Origin: Octopus sinensis
Lineage: Eukaryota
DNA length: 64,000 bases
Assembly (NCBI RefSeq): GCF_006345805.1
Contig: NC_043015.1
Coordinates: forward strand, 33,480,001-33,544,000
Direction of reading: 5' to 3'
The notes under the pieces: generated by a model
What the model was told of the DNA's origin: nothing
What the model saw: the letters and a program-made list of their open reading frames with translations, nothing else
The model's database searches: none
Part shown: piece after piece, positions 63,030 to 64,000 of the stretch
Layout: every line of letters starts with the position of its first letter
Numbering within the stretch: the stretch's first letter is position 1
Position numbers and translations under genes: made by a program

Positions 63030-64000
63030 TCAGGTCATCTCATAAGTTCTGTCCAATTTTAACTTTTTTATAATTGAATAAAATTTAATGGTATTTTAGA
63101 ATGTATAATGGAATTAAAAATTATTTTTATGCATTCATGCACATTTAAACTAATTAAATATTATTTTGCAGAATAATAGAATTAAAATTTCCTTGATTAA
63201 AACCCTTTCTAACATGGAAGTATCCAAAGAGCATTTCAGGCACATAATGCTTTATGAGTACAAAAAGGAAAGTCTGCAACCGAAGCGACTCAAAACATAC
63301 ACTCAGTTTATGGGAAAGAATGCTTTAATGAAAGAACTTGCAGAAGATGGTTTGCAAAATTCAGAAGTGGAGACTTCAGCCATGAAGATGAAGATCGAAC
63401 AGGACCTCCAGTTGAGTTTAATGATAAGCTCCTTGAGGCATTACTTGAAGAAAATCCTACATTATCAGTTGAAGAATTGGCAATAAAGCTTAGTTCAAAC
63501 TATACAACTGTTCATCTTCAACAACATGGAAAGGTTCCTAAACTTGGAAAATGGGTACCTCATGAATTCTCTGAAAGCAACCACAAATACCAAGTCGACA
63601 TCTGCTCTTCTCTCCATTCTCTCGAACTCATTTCACCCTTTTTGGATAGATTTGTGACTGGTGATGAAAAATGGATCTTCTATCGAAATGTTAAACGTAG
63701 TAAACAGTGGCTTGATAAAAGGGAAAAAGCTCAACCACAACCGAGAAAGGAACTTCATGGGAAAAAGGTTCTTCTCTCTATCTAGTGGGATTGCAAAGGA
63801 GTAATTCACTTTGAATTGTTACCACCTAATGCAACAATCAATGCTCAAGTCTACTGTCAGCAATTAGAGCATTTGAACAAAGCTTTGAAGAAAAAAAGAG
63901 CCACTTTAGTGAATCGAAAAGGAGTGATGTTTCATCAGGACAATGTGTGACCCCACACTGCAAAGATCACATCATAGAAGATTGCTGAGGTCAAGACTGA
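63030..64000 (+). mobile_element. mariner (DD34D-type) transposon, pseudogenised, truncated by the window edge
   Basis: TA|tcaggtcatctcataagttctgtcc left end. ATG at 63214 gives MEVSKEHFRHIMLYEYKK, then after a frameshift KSATEATQNIHSVYG...RTCRRWFAKFRSGDFS.EDEDRTGPP, GKWVPHE, FLDRFVTGDEKW, KKVLLSI*WDCKGVIHFELLP, VMFHQDNV*PHTA. Stops at 63783 and 63948. Confidence 0.95.

Overview
AT-rich, repeat-saturated eukaryotic DNA. The SINE families and the very heavy (TA)n/(CA)n/trinucleotide load point to an octopus or other coleoid cephalopod (inference; no database search was run). No intact protein-coding gene, tRNA, rRNA or CRISPR array could be supported, and nearly all listed ORFs are translations of microsatellites or SINEs. 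The window looks intergenic or like part of a very large intron. The recognisable protein homology is all decayed transposon: a Tc1/maT-like transposase (5021-5521), a Ty3/gypsy pol (11985-13495), Penelope GIY-YIG and RT pieces (13753-13839, 37150-37590), an RTE-clade LINE RT motif (54495-54580) and a mariner pseudogene running off the right edge (63030-64000). Around these lie at least three tRNA-derived SINE families, TTAA- and hAT-type MITEs, fold-back elements, a Helitron-like element and minisatellites. The most notable structures are a composite inverted-plus-direct repeat with a ~22-bp flanking duplication (28635-29218), a MITE with a micro-inversion in one arm (30475-30805), and two (TA)n-bounded tandem duplications whose copies appear to differ only by homopolymer indels and are probably assembly artefacts (43826-46076, 56796-58345). 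A few short exon-like unique islands are flagged at low confidence. I found no evidence of a novel gene system.
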